Below, in pieces: positions 12,153-25,593 of a stretch of DNA of 64,000 nucleotides. Positions within the stretch are counted from its first letter, which is position 1, and every line of letters begins with the position of its first letter. The position numbers and the translations under genes are program-made. The stretch is from positions 50,468,001-50,532,000 of the forward strand of contig NC_043004.1 of the NCBI RefSeq assembly GCF_006345805.1, written 5' to 3'. Under the pieces are notes generated by a model. That model made no database searches, was not told the DNA's origin, and was given only the letters and a program-made list of their open reading frames with translations. The stretch comes from Octopus sinensis (lineage: Eukaryota).

Positions 12153-13211
12153 ACATGTTTGAAAGATAAGTTGTTTGTGTGTGCATGTGTGTTAAAAGCC
12201 AAACTCAAAACACTGAACTTTATGAAGATGACAGAGGACCGAGATATGTGACACATTCCCGTACATGAGAAGACACATCCACCACAACAGAACTGAGATT
12301 CTAAATCCAAGGTGCCACATAAAATGCATTGGTGTGAATGCTGGTGCTGTGTGAAGAGCTCTTGTAATGGGCCACATAAAAAACACACAGTACACTCTGT
12401 GGAGGGGTTGGTGTTAGGAAGGGCATCCAGCTATAGAAACCAAACCAAAACAGACTAATGGAACCTGGTGCAGCTCCTAGACTTGCTAACTCCTGTCAAG
12501 CCATCCAACCCATGCCAGCATGAAAAACAGAGGAAGGAAGGAAGGATGGATGGATGGATGAATGGATGGATGGATGTTGTTGATGTTATTGTTGGCATGA
12601 GCATGGGTGTGTGGTTAGGAAGCTTGCTTCCGCTATAGCCTCAGGCTGGATTTGGTAAGCGGAAGTTATTATCATGTGTGTAAGTGCTTGTGCCTCCTTA
12701 CAGAGAGGGAAATAGATACATAGTGTAAGCATGGCCATGTGGTTAAGAAGTTTGCTTTGCAATCATATCCAGTGTTCAATCCCAAGTGTCTCCTGCCCTA
12801 CCCTTGGGTTGACTGAATACTTTCTCATTGGTATTTGGTAGATGAAGACTGTGCAGAATTCCATCATATACATGTGTGTGTGTGAGTGTGTGGTGGCTCT
12901 TAGAATCTTAAATTGCTGGGCCTCTGCTGATTGGTATTGGCCATACATCTGTGTATGTATACAAAGCCTGAGTCATATTTTTGTATGATGAAGACTAGCA
13001 GTTGCTCTTGCATGTAAGACTCTTCTCTTCACACTGCTGATGTTTATCCAAGAGAAAGGCCTCTGACTTTGACCAATATAGCTTGGCACCAGTGTCATCA
13101 CAGGTTTACTGTTAGAATACAAAGAGTCAGGACAAATACATTACATCTTGCCCACTCACCCCCACTAACAGTTCTGACAATCTGCTGCCCTGGATTGGTA
13201 ATTTCTTTTTG

Positions 13212-13420
13212 GCAGCCAGCCTCGCCTGGCACCTGTGCGGGTGGAACGTAAAAAGCACGCACTACACTCACGGAGTGGTTGGCGTTAGGAAGGGCATCCA
13301 GCTGTAGAAACATTGCCAGATAAGACTGGAGCCTGGTGCAGCCTTCTGGCTTCCCAGATCCCCGGTCGAACCGTCCAACCCATGCTAGCACAGAAAATGG
13401 ACGTTAAATGATGATGATGA
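13212..13420 (+). mobile_element. RTE LINE 3'-terminal fragment with (GAT)n tail
   Basis: matches the terminal ~200 nt of the RTE 3' UTR. Confidence 0.85.
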
Positions 13421-13948
13421 TGAGAGAAGATGAACATCAAAGTTGACCTCAATAGAGTTTTAACTTAGAATGCAGAGAACTAGGACAGATATCTTGTGAC
13501 CTTCTATTCATCCTTCTGACAGGTGCCAATTTGCCATCTTTGGAGCTTCCATACCTTGTGGTATTTAGGTACTGAATTATGTCTAGTTGTGTCCCTTCAT
13601 GTGAAACAGTAAATTTGGCATTTGATTAATAAGTATCAAAGTATTAGGGTCAATAGTTAATCGAAAGCTTTGGCGGCAGAAGTCCAACATTTTAACTATA
13701 GAGTGTTATCTTCTGTTTTTTTACTTGTTGCAGTCATTTGACTGTGGCTATGCTGGGGCACCACCTTGAAGGGTTTTAGTCAAACAAATCAGCACAGTAC
13801 TTATTTTTCAAGCCTGGTACTAATTTTATCAATCACTTTTGCTGAAGTGCTTAGTTAAGGAGATGTAAACAAACCAACACCAGTTGTCAAGTGGTGGAGG
13901 TGGGGAGAAATAAACACTAAGATGAGTACGGTTACATACATACAGGCA

Positions 13949-13998
<50 letters not shown>

Positions 13999-14239
13999 CT
14001 CACACACACACACACACACACAAGAACAAATTTCTTCCAGCTTCAGTCTACCAAATCAACTCACATGGCTTTGGTCAGCCTGGGGCTATAGTAGAAGACA
14101 ACTGTCCAAGGGTCCATGCAGAGGGACTGGGATTGAGCCCAGAACCATGTGACTGGGGAAACAAACTGTTATGTTAATAGAACAATAATAAACAAATAAT
14201 TAAAAATTTCCTCCTAATCTTTCTCTCTTTTAATTGCAG

Positions 14240-14344
14240 AAATTCGTGGATGGTGCCAGCAAGAAACTAAATGAATCTCGTCAAACTGGGGAGAAAGAAG
14301 AGGCTGCAGAAAAAATGCAAGCTCAAGGTTCTGAAGAAAATTAA
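14240..14344 (+). CDS. SLC44A1: SLC44A1-like terminal exon KFVDGASKKLNESRQTGEKEEAAEKMQAQGSEEN*
   Basis: ttttaattgcag acceptor, in frame with the preceding exon, TAA at 14342-14344. Confidence 0.85.
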   Translation, partial: KFVDGASKKLNESRQTGEKEEAAEKMQAQGSEEN

Positions 14345-14858
14345 TGACTGAACTGCTATGCAATAAGCTTGACAGACAAACCTCTTGTCTGCACACACAC
14401 AAAAGTAATCATCTCTTGGAAAAAGACAAAACCCTCAACAAGCATGCAACAAAGAATTAGGGGAAGTCTTGTTTTGACTGCTTTTTATTTATAATATTCT
14501 TTTGTACCCACATCAACTTTTTTACTTTCTCTTACATATTTACATGTTTCATTGCTTCTAAATGTATGTTCAGGGATCATAGAAATTCCTTTGTAATCCA
14601 GGGACTCAAAATGGGTAATGCAAAAATAGGGTGCATAATGAACTGTATTTGAATGATATTTTGAACATGGCTTTTGAAAGAAAGTGTTTGTGCGTGTGTA
14701 TATATATATATATATATATAATGTATACACAAACACACATTCACATGCATTATCTATACATTATATATATATATATGTACAAACATACACACACACACAT
14801 ATATATATATATTGAGAGAGAGAGAGTTTTATATATATATATATATTGAGAGAGAGAG

Positions 14859-14899
<41 letters not shown>

Positions 14900-14910
14900 A
14901 GAGAGAGAGA

Positions 14911-14945
<35 letters not shown>

Positions 14946-14950
<5 letters not shown>

Positions 14951-15423
14951 TTACATTATATAAAAGGGCTTAGTAAAATAATTACTTTGCCGCATACTGA
15001 ACTCATTAGAAATAGCAGCTAAAAAACATTATAAAACTATTTCTAATACTTAAAGAAAACCTCTCTCATATAGTGTTTGCTCAATTCAACTCACGAAAGT
15101 ATGGGGTAGAGACATTAAAAATCAAATGCAAAGGTTATTTGAGAACGTACGTTTCAAGATTAGTCAAAATCGACATTTCTATCGATAGAAATGTCGATTT
15201 TGACTAATCTTGAAACGTACGTTCTCAAATAACCTTTGCATTTGATTTTTTAATGTCTCTACCCCCATACTTTCGTGAGTTGAATTGAGCAAACACTATA
15301 TGAGAGAGGTTTTCTTAAGTATTAGAAATAGTTTTATAATGTTTTTTAGCTGCTATTTCTAATGAGTTCAGTATGCGGCAAAGTAATTTATTTTACTAAG
15401 CCCTTTTATATAATGTAATAATT
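14946..15423. repeat. ~478-bp zero-spacer palindrome
   Basis: arms 14946-15183 and 15184-15423 centred on ATC|GAT; they differ only by four 1-nt homopolymer indels. Confidence 0.95.
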
Positions 15424-15589
15424 TGAATTCGCCTTAAATGGTCCCTTTGCATACTGAATACTTGGTGAAATTGATTAATTAATTATTTACCCTCAATTGT
15501 GTGAAATTATATATATATATATATATTGAGAGAGAGAGAGTTTTATATATATATATATATATATACATACATACATATATATATATATT

Positions 15590-17130
15590 CTAGCAGAGGC
15601 ACCCGGCGTTGTCGGGGAATGAAATTGTTCCTTATATACTTATTTTGATATGTCGTATAGAAATTTGTTATTAGGATACAATTTATTCTTCAACTGGTAA
15701 ATCAGTTCTGAATTCATAATACAAAATAATAATAAACGAAAATACAAAATTTAACCACTTTTATGAAGGGAGATAAATTCTATCACATGTTGAAGGAAAT
15801 TATCTAAGAGCTTCTGGGTAAACAATATTCTTTGTTTTCTGGTTTGGAGTATAGACAAATAAGTCTTGCAAACTATCAACCCCTGGAGCTCAACGTAAAG
15901 TTGACCATGAGAAAAGCAGAGCTCAATTAAGTGCTAATAGGTTTCAAAGTCTGACGTTGAGCTTTATTAATAGACATTGCAAAGCAAAGTCACACTGGGA
16001 ATTGAGTTTGTTTGAACTCAAATGGCATGTCTGTTGGTTTGATTGGAATTCTGGGAATGAAAACCTCCTCCCACTAAGGCACAACCAGTGATGATGGTAG
16101 CTTCTTTCACAGTAGGTGATAATGTCTTCACAATCAACCTTGTTTCATTACATAATTGGGGAAGGATCTAAATTGCTTAGTATTATTAGAACTCCTACCT
16201 CCAGAAAAAGTTTATGTGGAAGAGTTCCAGGTGGCTCAAGAGAGTTAAGGAACACTGTTGGGTCATGGACAGCTTGATTTTCATCCATGGTCTGAATCAA
16301 CTGATTCGTACTCCTTAATGACTGTTGGAATCCTATTCATTAATTCATGGTTAATCCTTGCTACTGTCTCATCTTTTTGAGCAAGAATTGCCCTTTCACA
16401 CAACCATTTATGTAAATTATAATCATTATTTAAGACTGAAAATACCCTGTTTTTCAATTTAGCAGGGGGAATTCACTATGATAGCAATATGAGCCAAATT
16501 CCCATCAAATGGAACTTTCCCATTTCCTAATTGGAGGAGCCAGGTGAAAACTGTTCTGCACATTGGTCCCTAGCTAATAAAGCTCACATGTTAGTATTGA
16601 AGTAGAATCTGTGTACTTTATTCCAAAGGTGTGAAGACTTAATGCATGCTTTTATTTCATCAGATCTTGTTTGTCTTGGAATGACTGGAAATGTCTGCCT
16701 GAAGTCTCCTGATAAAACTAATATAACTACTTCCATAAATTTATTGTTGTCCTTCTCTTATAATAAGAGATTCCAAAGACCATCATTTGGAAAGCAGAAT
16801 TATAATCCTTAATGTTTTTCAAGAAGTGCATGCTCCTTGGTGTGTTTCCCAAAAGCAATGCCTTCAAGGTATCTGTGGGTGTACCAAAATTGGTAAAGCC
16901 ACCATTCCTCTACCACAACACATAGTGGTGGTTTCCCTTTCTCATTTCTTTCCTTGAAAAAAAAAAAACTGCAAACTTTTGACATTACTCCAGTATCAAT
17001 CAATTTCTTTGTCGAATAATCATTTTTTGGATCATAGTTGAAAGTTGATCTTTTCCAAGTCCCCTTAAAAGGTGCAACTCTTTTGTCAAATGTATTCAGC
17101 TTATCCTGATCTAAACACTTATGTCTTTCC
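15590..17130 (-). mobile_element. decayed, internally deleted Helitron (N-terminal region plus PIF1-like helicase fragments, 3' hairpin and CTAG)
   Basis: minus strand FNYDPKNDYS..., KGETTTMCCGRG, FLKNIKDYNSAFQM, then SGDFRQTFPVIPRQTRSDEIKACIKSS and FAMSINKAQ, with stops and frameshifts; ends CCCGACAACGCCGGG...CTAG at 15590. Confidence 0.85.
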
Positions 17131-17590
17131 TCCGAGGTTAGCAAGCTACTTACCACACAGCCACTCCTGTATCTATCTATATATATATATATATATATAT
17201 ATAGATACATATTTCACTATAGCATTGTGAGACCTGCTATAAAACTCAATATGCGTATGCTTTAGAATTTAGTGTTAGACAAGTATGAAGCAGTAATAAA
17301 ATGAGATACCAAAGGAATAAACAATTATTTTTCCAGTGTCAAAGGATTATTAGTTGGAAAAATAATCGTCCATTCCTTTGTCATCTCATTACCATTCTAT
17401 ACTTGTCCAATGCTTCGTGTTGGGTTCTACACCGGGCTGTTAAGTCTTACAATGCTTAACGTAAATATCAAAATGCAAAAACTCCCGTCCAGAAGAGTTC
17501 TAACAACTTATAGTCCCTTGACAATGGAAAAATAATGATTTATTCCTTTGCCATCTCATTTTCTTATGTATGTATATATATATATATATA

Positions 17591-17820
17591 TATTAGAAGA
17601 AATGAGGTACTCAGAAGATCGGATGGTTTATATTTACAGATATTTCTTGCTTTTTTTTTTTTTTTTTCACAAGGCCCCAGAACCCCCTTGGAGCCAAAAC
17701 TCTGTCCAGCAGAGTGTTGGCTCCAAGGGGGTTCTGGGGCCTTAGTAGAAAAAAAAAAAAGAAAGAAATATCTGTAAATATAAACCATCCGATCTTCTCA
17801 GTACCTCATTTCTTCTAATA
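17591..17820. mobile_element. palindromic MITE-like element (~110-bp arms, 5-nt loop)
   Basis: arms meet at ACTCTG-TCCAG-CAGAGT; a solo arm copy lies at 41256-41304. Confidence 0.8.
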
Positions 17821-20068
17821 TATATTACCTGTACATCATCTCCAAACCTTCCAATATATATATATAAAATCGATACATGTAATATATATATATATATGTA
17901 TACATATTGTGTGCGGTTCTGTCAGAATAAGAATATTTTCCAAGTGAAAGATGCCAACTTGTCTCAAACAGCCAACAAACAACATCTGAATAAAACGTGA
18001 GCAAGAAAAAAAAAATTGGTGTTTTTCTTTGTTTTTGTAGAAATAAAAATTTCAAAATTCCCACCAAAAATGTTAAAGAAATATTTTTTTATTTTAAATT
18101 TTTAAAAAGCTTGCAAATCAATTGAATATTTTTTTAAAGTCTTGCTTGTGCTTATGTATTCGGCTTTTTGCTATAATTGTGTGTATGTTATTTTACTGAT
18201 TCCACAGCCAGTAGGCTGTGGCCTTACTGGGACACACACACACAGACACATATATATCGTCATCATCATTTCAAGATCCACTTATCCATGTTTACATGAG
18301 CCAGATGAGATTTGTTTAGGCAGATTGTCTGTGACTGGATTCCTTTCCTGCCACCAATCCTCACTTGTATTTCCGTGCAAGGCAACATTTCACCATGGCT
18401 GGACATGTTTTCATGGAAGACTGGAAACAAGAGACACCGCTTGTATGATGGTGACACTCATCTCCACAACTATCATGCAGTGTCAAGACAAGGGGACATT
18501 TGCACTTGTATGTGACAAGCTTCTTCAAGTTTCCATTTACCAAATGTACTCTCAGACTGAACCTGAAGCCCTATGGCTGGGAAACAAGCTTCTTAACAAC
18601 ACAGCCACACCTGCACACGCATATGTGTGTGTGTATATATATATATGTATACACACACTCACACATGCATACTTGTGTTTGTGTATGTATATATAATATA
18701 CATAGGTCTTACTTAAGTCAGTATAGAAAAACAGGTGTACAATGAATGAATGAATACACAATAATATACATTCAGATATATATATATATATCTTTTACTT
18801 ATTTCTGTCTTTAAACCGTTGCCATGCTGGAGCACATACTTAAAGGGTTTAGTCAAACAAATTGACCTCAGTACTTATTTTGTTTTCTAAACCTGATACT
18901 TATTCTATTGGTTTCCCTTTGCTGAACTGCCAAGTTATGAGGATGTAAACAAGCCAACAGCAGTTACCAAGTGGTAGTGGGAGACACACACACAGACACA
19001 TATGTATATGATGGCTTCATTCAGTTTCTCTCCACCAGATCTGCTCACAAGGTTTTGGTCTGCCTAGGGCTGTAGAAAAAGATAGTTGCCCAAGGTGCCA
19101 TGCAATGGGACTGAACCTGGAATCATGTGGTTGGGAAGCACACTCCTTTAACACAGCCATGCCTATATATATATATATGTATGTGTGTGTGCTGTTTGTT
19201 TGCTTCATGCGCTTGCTTGATGGAGCTGGGGTCATTCCAGGTTAGTGGTCCCAGAGATGTCATTATGCATAGAGCTGATCAGGTCCACCAGTGATCTCTG
19301 TTGCTGGTATCCCCATGCCAACCCCTCTCTATACTCCAAGGTGATATTGAGTCTCTGGAGACCTTCCTTAATCATGTCCAGCCACCTGGCACGAGGCCTG
19401 CCATGAAGCCTCTTCTAGCCTGCAGGTGCTGTGGTGAGTGAGAGTAAAGCCTTGATAGGATTATCTATCTGTATATATTTATAATTTAATATTTTCATTT
19501 AATATCTAGTCTTTTATAAAAATAAAGCGAAAAACCACACCACCAGTGTTAATATCATCCTTATTACAAGCTGAATAATTCTGATACAGCTTCAAAGAAT
19601 TCTACAGAAAGTTTTGGCAAATTATTTCCTACAAGAGGTAAGCAGCAACAGCTTGCAATATGTTGGGTCTTATCTGTTAGCCAGTTTCAATTCACAGTGA
19701 AGCCAATTCTCATCATACAAGCAGTTAATAAGCCTTGATAAAAGCATGAATATCACAAGCTCCATACTTCTGTATCCACTAAAAAATGCCAAAAAAATAT
19801 AAAAATGTGAAAAAAAAAAATTAAAAAAGATTAAAAAAAAACCTATTTTGTGTACTGCTAGAGAAAGAAATCGCAAAATCTTTTATGTTTTGTAACTTTT
19901 TGTGATTATTTTTCAATCAAATTATATTGTTGTGGGTTGTTTTTTATACAAACGTTTATATCTTTTCCTTTTAATTTGAAAAACCTCAATAAAGATATTG
20001 ATAATATAATTTTGTTTTTTCGGTCTTTAAATGCCAGCTATATTATCTGCTTTTAACTATCTGGGTCT

Positions 20069-20453
20069 TACTCTTTACTCTCTTTTACTTGTTTCAGTCA
20101 TTTGACTGCGGCCATGCTGGAGCACCGCCTTTAGTCAAGCAAATCAACCCCGGGACTTATTCTTTGTAAGCCCAGTACTTATTCTACCGGTCTCTCTTGC
20201 CGAACCACTAAGTGACGGGGACGTAAACACACCAGCATCGGTTGTCAAGCAATGCTAGGGGGACAAACACACATATATATATATATATACATATATACGA
20301 CAGGCTTCTTTCAGTTTCCGTCTACCAAATCCACTCACAAGGCATTGGTCGGCCCGGGCTATAGCAGAAGACACTTGCCTAAGATGCCACGCAGTGGGAC
20401 TGAACCCGGAACCATGTGGTTGGTAGGCAAGCTACTTACCACACAGCCACTCC
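20069..20453 (-). mobile_element. SINE family B
   Basis: near-identical to the other family B copies. Confidence 0.88.
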
Positions 20454-21371
20454 AGTTTGTTGTTATTGTTCTGGACTTTTAACCCTAGGTCATTCTCAAT
20501 CCATCGGATTTGCACCAGCATGGCTGCAGCTCACAAGCTGAGACTAGTAAAAGATTAAAGCTATTCAATACAAGACGATGCCATCTTCTAAAATATAATA
20601 ATAATAATGTTCGTCCTTCGGGTTCGAAGATGACCATTGACATCATTTGGTGGAATTGCTTCTAAGAGACCGGAGGTGGCTGGTGAGGCCAATCTGGGCC
20701 ATGACTTGGATTATAGTGAGGGTGTCTTGCACAGGATCAGCCTCACTCTCTTGTCCTGGTGCGCCGGATCCAGTGGCAAGACAAAGTCAAGACGGCTGAG
20801 GGTAGACCAGGATGCAATCCAACCGCCTTAGGGGCTCCACTCCGGATTTATGTAGGTTTTTGGATGGCCATAGACTCATGAGAGAGTTCCTCTGCCCTTT
20901 GACAGGCTTTGTTTTTAGTCCTGCTGGGTGTCCAAATCACCCTCCTCACCAAGAAATCTTGGTGGGGTTGCCAGTTTAGTCGCCAACGACCCGACCGTGT
21001 AACAGATTGTACTGGGTTACATGTATATAGGACTGCATTATTCAATATATCTTCCTTTTTTTAAAGGCAATTTAGGAGCTCTTTCTTGCTGATGACATGA
21101 CTGCATGACGACTTTCTAATTTCCTAGACAGTAAAAGTGTATATGATTTAGATGTCGCAGACTGACAATAGAAGTTATTTAGTTTAACCCAATAGTGCCC
21201 ATGACCCTTTTTTAAGGATCAGGATAATCCATCATATTTTTGCAATACCTGAAATATCTTTAGTTAGTCATCAAAACTGGAGTGTCTTTCAAATATTGTA
21301 ATAAATTTTATATATATTTAGTATCAGATAAAGTTGTATAAAGAAATATTTTTGGTAATAATAATATCTCT

Positions 21372-21549
21372 ATTGCCCACAAGGGGCTAAACGGATTAAG
21401 TTGATTACATCGACCCAGTGCGTAACTGGTACTTATTTAATCGACCCGAAAAGGATGAAAGGCAAATTTGAACTCAGAACGTAACAGCTGACGAAATACC
21501 GCTAAGCATTTCGTCCAGCGTGCTAACGATTCTGCCAGCTCGCCGCCTA
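21372..21549 (-). mobile_element. tRNA-derived SINE family D
   Basis: GGCGAGCTGGCAGAATCGTTAGCACG head, GTTCTGAGTTCAAAT B-box, 3' TTTAGCCCCTTGTGGG; homologous to 53664-53866 and 63848-64000. Confidence 0.8.
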
Positions 21550-24032
21550 TTTTTGGTAATAAATCAAATAAAAACATTTGGGAACTTAATAGGTTAACCA
21601 ACTGGGTGTTTTTTTTGTTCTGGTAAAAGTTACCTCCCTTCCCTTAGCTTACTGAATTTATAACCCAAAGTTGCTTGTTTTTGTGGTACAGTCAACTCTC
21701 GCTACTTTGCCAGTTTTGCGCGGTCCCGGCCAAATAATAAACAAAAAATTTTACTATGCCACCTGTAAACTGAAGCGGAGGAAAGTGAAGACGACGAGGT
21801 AATTGTGGAAGAGGAATACGTTTCGTTTGCCGATGCCCAGTTTACGCAGCAGCAAACCCAGCGTCATAGGCTAGACAACGAAATGAATGAAATCCGCCGA
21901 AAGAAGATGCGTCAGCCGACAATTTTTGAGAGCTTCGGGATTAACTAAAAGCAATCTGAACTTAATAAACTTGGATGTCTTCTTTTTACCATTGCATTGA
22001 ACTTCTTTCTTATTGGCCTTACTTCCTACCCTATGAATTTTTATTCGTATGTTCAGTAAATTTTTGGTCATGTAGTGTTTAGATAACAGACCCTCGGTAC
22101 TATGAGAGTTGACTGTATTGAAAATGAGAGAAAAATATTTGCTTGATGCTAATCTATCGCCGCCAAGGAAAATGAGAAAATGTTGTGGCCGTCGCAAATG
22201 CGAGCGTATAAACTGAGGTTGTGAAAAGTTGGTGTGAGTGCAAGATAAGAGTTGGAGAAAAGACCCAATTCCTGTGTGATTCCAGACTGGAAATTAAAGA
22301 ATGCAGATGTGATACTCGACAACTGAAATATAATTCACTAATCAGTGTTGTAAGGTTTTTCTTTTGTTTATTCTGAAACAGTATAGGGTACTGCTACTTA
22401 TTTCCAAGTAGTTACTTTTTTTAATGGTTTTTTTGCTTATGTTTATGAAAGAGAAGGAGCATCATAAAGCATTTCTTTACCTTATCCACGTGTCTATGTC
22501 TTTTAGAAGATATGTTTTGAATGAGGAGGTTTCAATTGTTGGAATAAAACCGACCTCGCACGAGTTACGCCCCTTTACATACAATTCATATTTCTCGGAC
22601 GAACGAGGGAAGCTCTTAAAAATAGCAGCCAAATACCCTGATCGGCGTTGAGGGAGAGAGAGAGAATCGATATACAAAAAGAATTCAGTATAGTCTTGTC
22701 TGGAAAGTCATACGTCAAAGCAATATCCATAATTCTAACTTTAGTGGCGTGTATACGAAAACAGTCAGAGATGTTTCTAGTTTGATATATATTTTTTTCT
22801 TTTTGTTCAGTCGGAATCTCTGATGTTCAAAACGGAGAGTTTTGTGCGGTAGAAAAAGTGGCTGATATATTCGCTTCGCAACAACATGGTCTCGAGTTAA
22901 GTGCCACGACGCAGCACCTTGGATTATATGTCTTCTATTTTAGACTAGGACAGACCAATGCCTTGTGAGTGAATTTGGCAGTGTGTTGAGTGTGTATCTA
23001 TCGCTAACCATTTGACTGACGGTCATTGGATCACAGCAAAAATCTACTTCCCCTTTAATCTTTATTTACTTTTTTAAATCCCCCATACTGAAGGATTACC
23101 ATATTCCGCATTACTGCTATTCCACGTTTTAATTGTTGCCACTTTCTTCTGATATAGGCGCAGGCGTGGCAAGAATTTTGCTTCCCAACTATATGGTTTC
23201 GGCCTCGGTCCCATAGGGGCAACACCTTAGGCAAGTATTTTCTACTAGGGAATTGGCAAACCAAAGCCTTGTGAAAGAATCTGGACTTGTAAACTGAAAT
23301 AAGCCTGTCGCACACCCACATATGTTCGACAGATTTCTCTCAGTTACATATATATGGGTGCATGTGTGTATCTAGGCGTTTGTCCTGTCACCCCACCTCA
23401 CCCTTTAACTTGTATTGGTTTGTTTACATCCCCCGTAACGAAGCGGTTCAGCAAGAGACCAACAGAATGAGTACCAGACTTCAAAAAGAAAAGAACTGAG
23501 GTCGATTTGTTCGACTAAAACCCTTCAAGACGGTACCCCAGCATAGCCGCAGTCCAATGACTGTAACAAGATACATAATTGTAACACAGTGTGGTGAGCA
23601 AGCTCTTGCACTAGCGTAACCGAGAAGCTAGTTTGTATCTGTAATAAGCCTTAAGATATGTATGAAAACGGTCAATTGTGCACAGGATATAGGGAACAGC
23701 AACACCATGAACAATATGAGTGTAGGTCTAACTTTGAGTCAGCGATTGACGATCGGATACACCAACAAAACATATGCTCCATGTGGTGAGCAAGATCAGC
23801 ACAACATTGAACAACACTGGACCAATGTTAAAGGGGGATTTGAAACAGCTATCACGATCCCGTAGGGAAATGATACTGAAAGGAAAAGCCCTCCCCTCCC
23901 ATTATTATTATTGTATTCCTGTCTTTCATAGAACGAGAAACACGGTTCTGAAAGATTTGTTTTTTTTTTTTCAAGTTCAGTTCCATATACATGCCATAGG
24001 TTTCCAACAGACCAATCCATCACTGGTTCACA

Positions 24033-24195
24033 TCTACTCGCAATACCAGAGGGCGCACACTCTCCTACCCTGATGTAATCTCCAGGGATACAGGCATCCA
24101 GCAACAGGACCTCCGTAATGCCATGATGGACCGTGAAGTCTGGCGAAGCATGGTAAATTCCATTGTCTCGACCCCGGTCGAACAATGATGATGGT
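24033..24195 (+). mobile_element. 3' end of an RTE-like LINE
   Basis: reads STRNTRGRTLSYPDVISRDTGIQQQDLRNAMMDREVWRSMV..EQ* followed by a (TGA)n tail. Confidence 0.65.
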
Positions 24196-25593
24196 TCACT
24201 ACATAATAAACAGCTAACAATGACTGTCTGCAACCCCGAAATATAGCAAATAACGTAGAGACTTCCGTCGAAAAAGCACCGGTGTTTCTGGTTTCTCACA
24301 GACACAAACTATTGCACTTCGTCGACCCGATTTCACTCACCAAGTATTCACTGTGGCGGCCTCCGTATTTTGCTGCCTCTCAGAATAAAAATAATACACT
24401 GAAAGACACACTCAATGCCCAGGAACATGTGGAGATGCATGGGCTGATAAAATAACAGTAATAATAAAGAACAACCAATCTTTAAACAATGTAGCGCATG
24501 TTGAATTAGCTTCGATCTTAATGTTCTTTCATATAAGTTTTTAGTAACTTCTTTACTGGCTGTTTCAAATTTAAATACAAACGAAGTGTTCCTCTTCATT
24601 AATAATCCCTTCGATGCACTGGAAGTAGAAATAATGGTAAATGTGGAGAATTACGGAGTAACTTCGAAGAAATGGGGAGTGTATAACAAGTTACGTTCAA
24701 TATTGTTTTTGCCCTTCTCATTGTAATACACGTGCGTTTAAAATTAAAGCATTTTCCCACCTTCATTCAATAAGCAGATTTTCGTTTTCATTTCGTATTT
24801 CATGTAAACCATAACATTTTTAAACATTCCACATTTCGTGACACCGTCATTTTCCACATTTACCGAAATCGCCAATCTCCATCAAACCAAACACTCTTAC
24901 AAAGGATGACACAGAGGATAATGTAGTCATGGATATACATAGCTGGGACATGAGCACAAACAAATGTAGCCAAGTCGCAGGTGTGACTAAAAGCAAAGTA
25001 ATTACTCAGGTATTTAGATAAATAATATAAAATAATACAAATTACTAAGTTATTTTGAATGTTGACATTCAATAACTATACATCTCTGGATATTAATGCT
25101 TTACTGTGAATAATTTCCATTGCAATGCATGACAAGTATAAATAAAAAAATTGCAAAAACTCTGATAGAAGTTATAGAATTATTATTTCTTACAGGTTCT
25201 GTTGTATAGCAACAATTAAGACCAGTCAATATAATAATAATAAAGTAATGAATTCTCACATAGAAAATTTTTCAGAAAATTGTTAGCGGAGTCTTGATAT
25301 TTTGTAAGAAAAAGGTGAGTTGAAGAAACTAGATACTGTCGGGCGTCTGTTCCAACCTCTTCAATAATATTTATGGCATAGGTACAAGGCTACAAATTTA
25401 GTGGAGCCGGGAGATGGAAATAATTGATTACATCAGCCCCAGCACCTGACAAATATTAATGTTAACAAAACAGTGAAAAGTAAAGTCGACCTCCACGGTA
25501 AATAATAGCAATAATCTGTCACATACATAATGGTACAATAAAATTCATAAATCTCCAATAAGTAAATACCACGGAGTCTTTACGTGATTCAGT

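Noticed and set aside
19570-19637. Possible plus-strand exon LNNSDTASKNSTESFGKLFPTR with a gtaagc donor
   Set aside because: Weak acceptor, no recognisable protein and no convincing partner exon
19560-19790. Minus-strand frame readable if TGA were Trp or Sec
   Set aside because: No homology recognised and no SECIS or mitochondrial context; likely chance in AT-rich DNA
23640-23870. Possible Penelope GIY-YIG remnant (TLSQRLTI...; GAAACAGCT nearby)
   Set aside because: Too degenerate to support and there is no upstream CUGANGA core
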